Below are positions 60,817-64,000 of a stretch of 64,000 bases of DNA, one piece after another; position 1 is the stretch's first letter, and the number at the start of each line of letters is the position of its first letter. The position numbers and the translations under genes are program-made. The stretch comes from Squalus acanthias (lineage: Eukaryota): NCBI GenBank assembly GCA_030390025.1, contig CM059432.1, forward strand, positions 13,206,001 to 13,270,000. The letters run 5' to 3'. The notes under the pieces were generated by a model. That model had not been told where the DNA came from. It ran no database searches and saw nothing but the letters and a program-made list of their open reading frames with translations.

Positions 60817-62284
60817 CTGGAACAGCAAAGAAAGGTCCATTAGTCAAACGCGGATCAATCAGGGATGGGGGAGATTATAAACAATCTTCAGTTGTTTGAG
60901 CTTTGTGTATGTACAAGTGGTTCATCCAATTAGCAACTGCACACCATCAAACTAGAATTTTTTGTTATGAGCTATTATTCATTCACATGCACTGGTCATT
61001 TTGTTTAAATTGTGAGCCTTTGATGATGTTGTTTCATCTACATTACATTAAATAGTGGACTGTTACAGTGAACCTTGTTTACATGAGCCAAGCTTATTAC
61101 TTCTCTGCATTAATCACATCAATCGTCTGCTATCAATTTGCAAACCAGATGAAGATACTTGGCAGTGTAATCCAGATGTGAGGAAAGTACAGATGCAATA
61201 TTTAGTTATTAAAAGGGCAGAAATAATCTACACTGCCACTTCAGTTCAAACCAACCTGGATTATGTTGTGCATATACCAACCTCATGTCAGGAAGGTCAC
61301 ATTTGTTTCCAGCAATTGCCACCACAATATTTTCAGGCCCGTGCTCTTTCAATTCCTTCACCCATTTCTTCAAAGTGTAGAATGATTCCTGAGTGAAAAC
61401 ACAGAATGAACATGATCAGAGCTCTAAATAAAACAGACATTATTTTCTCACAGTCCATAAATTTGGCTTTAGTAATAAAAATAATAAGACATGTTATTTT
61501 TTTTTTTAATCTTGCCTTATTTGGTTATTTTATCTCCTCTTTTAGTTTTCCTTTACCATGTACCATTTCCCAGTGAGAGAGTGGTGTTGATATTTCCAGA
61601 AATGAATGCTTACTACGTAACCTTTCGTCCTTCAGATCAACAAACTACCATTTTTTTTTAAATCCTGGAATTTCTAAAAGTGATGCAATTGCTAAACTTC
61701 CCATGGCGACATTGGCTCTTTCAGTCAAGGGAATTCTGAGTTGTCGTCGGTGTTCCGCTATGATTGACTAACGAGAGGTTTTCTTGTAGCAGAGAGTGAA
61801 TCACCTACTTAATTTCTGTCTTTTCCTCAGAGCTGAAACCTCTCGCCAAAGTGGGCTCCCGATCCGGTGCAGACACATTCCCAAACAGCGACAGACAGCC
61901 TTTTCATGTCAGCTTGGCCCTGGGATTGGAAGAGATGCGATGACATGTTTGGGTGCCTGGGACTGTACGTCTGGACCATCTCAACCTCAGGAATGTTGCA
62001 TGTGAGCAGTTATGCAAAAAAGTATTTTCTCTGACCCGTGGAAAGTGCAGTCAGAAATGGAAACTGCTCAGTCAGGAAAGATTGCTCTTCGACATTTTGG
62101 GTTAGGCATTAGCTTGGTCCTGCAACTATTATCCTGGGATGCTGAGTCATAGTTTTTCATCAAGCATGCCTGAGAATTATCTGGGGACTTGTTTTTTTAA
62201 TCAGGTTTTCCTATATATATATATATATATTTTATTTTTTCTTATCCACACTTTTGTTTGGCCCTTTTTTCTTCCCTCCCAGAA

Positions 62285-62620
62285 GCTGGCAGCTGTCCTT
62301 CATTCTGCCAGCGCAATTCACACTTCATCTAGAGCTATCCTTTGTCTCTTAACCTGTCCCATTACCATCTCCTCTTGCCTTGAATATCTCTTAATGTCTC
62401 TTAATCTCTCCTGCTTTCTGTCCTATCACTGACCTTCCCTTTTGTTCTTTCATCCCCTCCCCCTTTTCCCAGCCCTAAACTTGCTTTAAAATTATATTTC
62501 ATTTCCTGCTTTTTTCCAGTTCTGACAAAAGGTCTTCGACCTGAAACGTTAACTCTGTTTCTCTCTCCACGGATGCTGCCTGGCCTGCTGAGTTTTTCCA
62601 GCGTTTTCTGTTGTTATTTC
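62285..62620 (+). mobile_element. Penelope A-family 3' UTR/pLTR fragment with a degenerate hammerhead (CTGACAA)
   Basis: Colinear with 46147-46420 and 47769-47820. Confidence 0.8.
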
Positions 62621-62691
62621 TTATTTGATTCTAGTTCCATTAGCTGTATACAAGAAAGAAATACATGCCAAAACCCTCACTAAAACCCTTC

Positions 62692-63331
62692 AGGCTGAAT
62701 CTTGACAGGGGCGTGCTGTGTAGGCAGAGGAGTGGGGGGGGGGGAATGGAGTTTCTGTCGGGAAGCCCGTAAGTTCGAGTTTTGACTCCACAGCGTGTCA
62801 TTTTGCTTTGACAGGTTCCCTGCCCAGAGGTCAGTCTGATTGACAGACTTGGCTTCCAGTTGGGCGGGGAGCCCTCCAGAGGAGGCCGCAACCGCAGGTA
62901 AGTCACTTGCTGCTGCTATTGGGAGCATGGAGAGGGGGGCGGGGGGGGGGGGAGGGCGATTCCTGACCCGGGGCTGGGGGGATATGGGGGGGTCTGATGG
63001 TGGGGAGCTTGGGGGGGCCGGTGGCGGGGAGGAGCTTACCTTCTTCCCCGAAGCTGTCCTCACCTCCCTTCAGCTACCGGATTTCCAGGGACCTGGGAAA
63101 CCCGGCCGGCCAGAGTTAATCCTGCAAAGCAGGTTAAATCAGAGGCTGCCAGCCTCATTAAAATATTTAACTGGCCAACCTGCCTCCTGGGGGCGGGTTG
63201 GCTGCCTGCCCCTTGTCCCGCCTCCGTTAAACACGGAAGTGGGCGGATTGGGATCGGGTTTGAGATTTTTAAAGTTTGGTCATCTCACCCGACCCCCAAC
63301 CCACCCATTTCTGGTGTTTAAGATTCAACCC
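62692..63331. mobile_element. Harbinger-type MITE
   Basis: TIRs aggctgaatctt ... aagattcaaccc, 3-bp TSD TTC and a G-rich interior. Confidence 0.7.
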
Positions 63332-64000
63332 TTCTTTTCCACCATACCTTCAAGCCACTAGCCCTCTCCATTTTCCCTTCTTCCCTCCTGCTCAGTGCCC
63401 GCTGTTTCTCCTCCTTACTGTACAGTGCTTTGTCATAGAATCAGAGTATCATGCAGCACAGGAGGCCATTCGACCCATCGTGCCTCTGTCAGCTCTCTGA
63501 AAGTGCTACCAATTAGCCCCACTTCCCTTTTGAGGAGATCTGTAGCAATACATATATATCGAAAATATATTAATAGTTTGGCATTTAGAGCACACTTCCT
63601 GTAAGTGTTCCAATTGCATCATGTAACAACTTCCCTGTCAAACTTACCCCACCCAACTCACTGTGAGCAATGCCACCAGGGATTGACTAGTATATAAAAT
63701 ATAATTGGACACAGAGTAATTATGCTATGCAGGTTGAGAGAGATAAAAGTAAGAGAGTGTGACTGATAGTGAGACTTGCATATAAAACTAGAATGCTACT
63801 CCCCCACATTTTCCTCCCCTCATTTTTAATCCCTTATTCCCTCTTCTCCTGAAAATGATGATTCACGCTGAGGTCAGTTGCACGGCTCCAGGGAGTCTCC
63901 AGTAACTCGCCCAAAAGACCATTCTTTGTGTGCAGGAGGTGGGGGGGAGGCACAGACAGAGAGTATTTAGTCGTGTATTCAATCACAGGCTGCATTACAG

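Overview
Repeat-dense vertebrate genomic DNA, most likely from a shark or other elasmobranch, judging by HE1/V-SINE, DeuSINE-type SINEs, CR1/L2 LINEs and GIY-YIG Penelope elements. The only host gene I can support is RAB31 on the minus strand. Its last two coding exons lie at 60707-60816 and 28018-28115 (ending ...SSKRCC*), separated by a ~32.6 kb intron. Most of the other recognisable sequence is mobile DNA. (i) A full-length but decayed PIF/Harbinger transposon (16989-22144) has convergent transposase and Myb/SANT genes, a solo LTR and a 54-bp VNTR inside, and many related MITEs elsewhere. (ii) A four-level nest at 42.8-48.2 kb contains a very young Penelope element with ~450-bp inverted arms inserted into an older Penelope element. 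(iii) About ten short Penelope-derived pieces carry a minimal hammerhead ribozyme or its flank; several are discrete 100-230 bp insertions with 11-14 bp target-site duplications, and some are perfect fold-backs. (iv) There is a LINE with a twin-priming-type 5' inversion, plus hAT and Tc1/pogo MITEs, SINEs and minisatellites. Family assignments come from recognised motifs, not database searches, and boundaries without a stated TSD are approximate.
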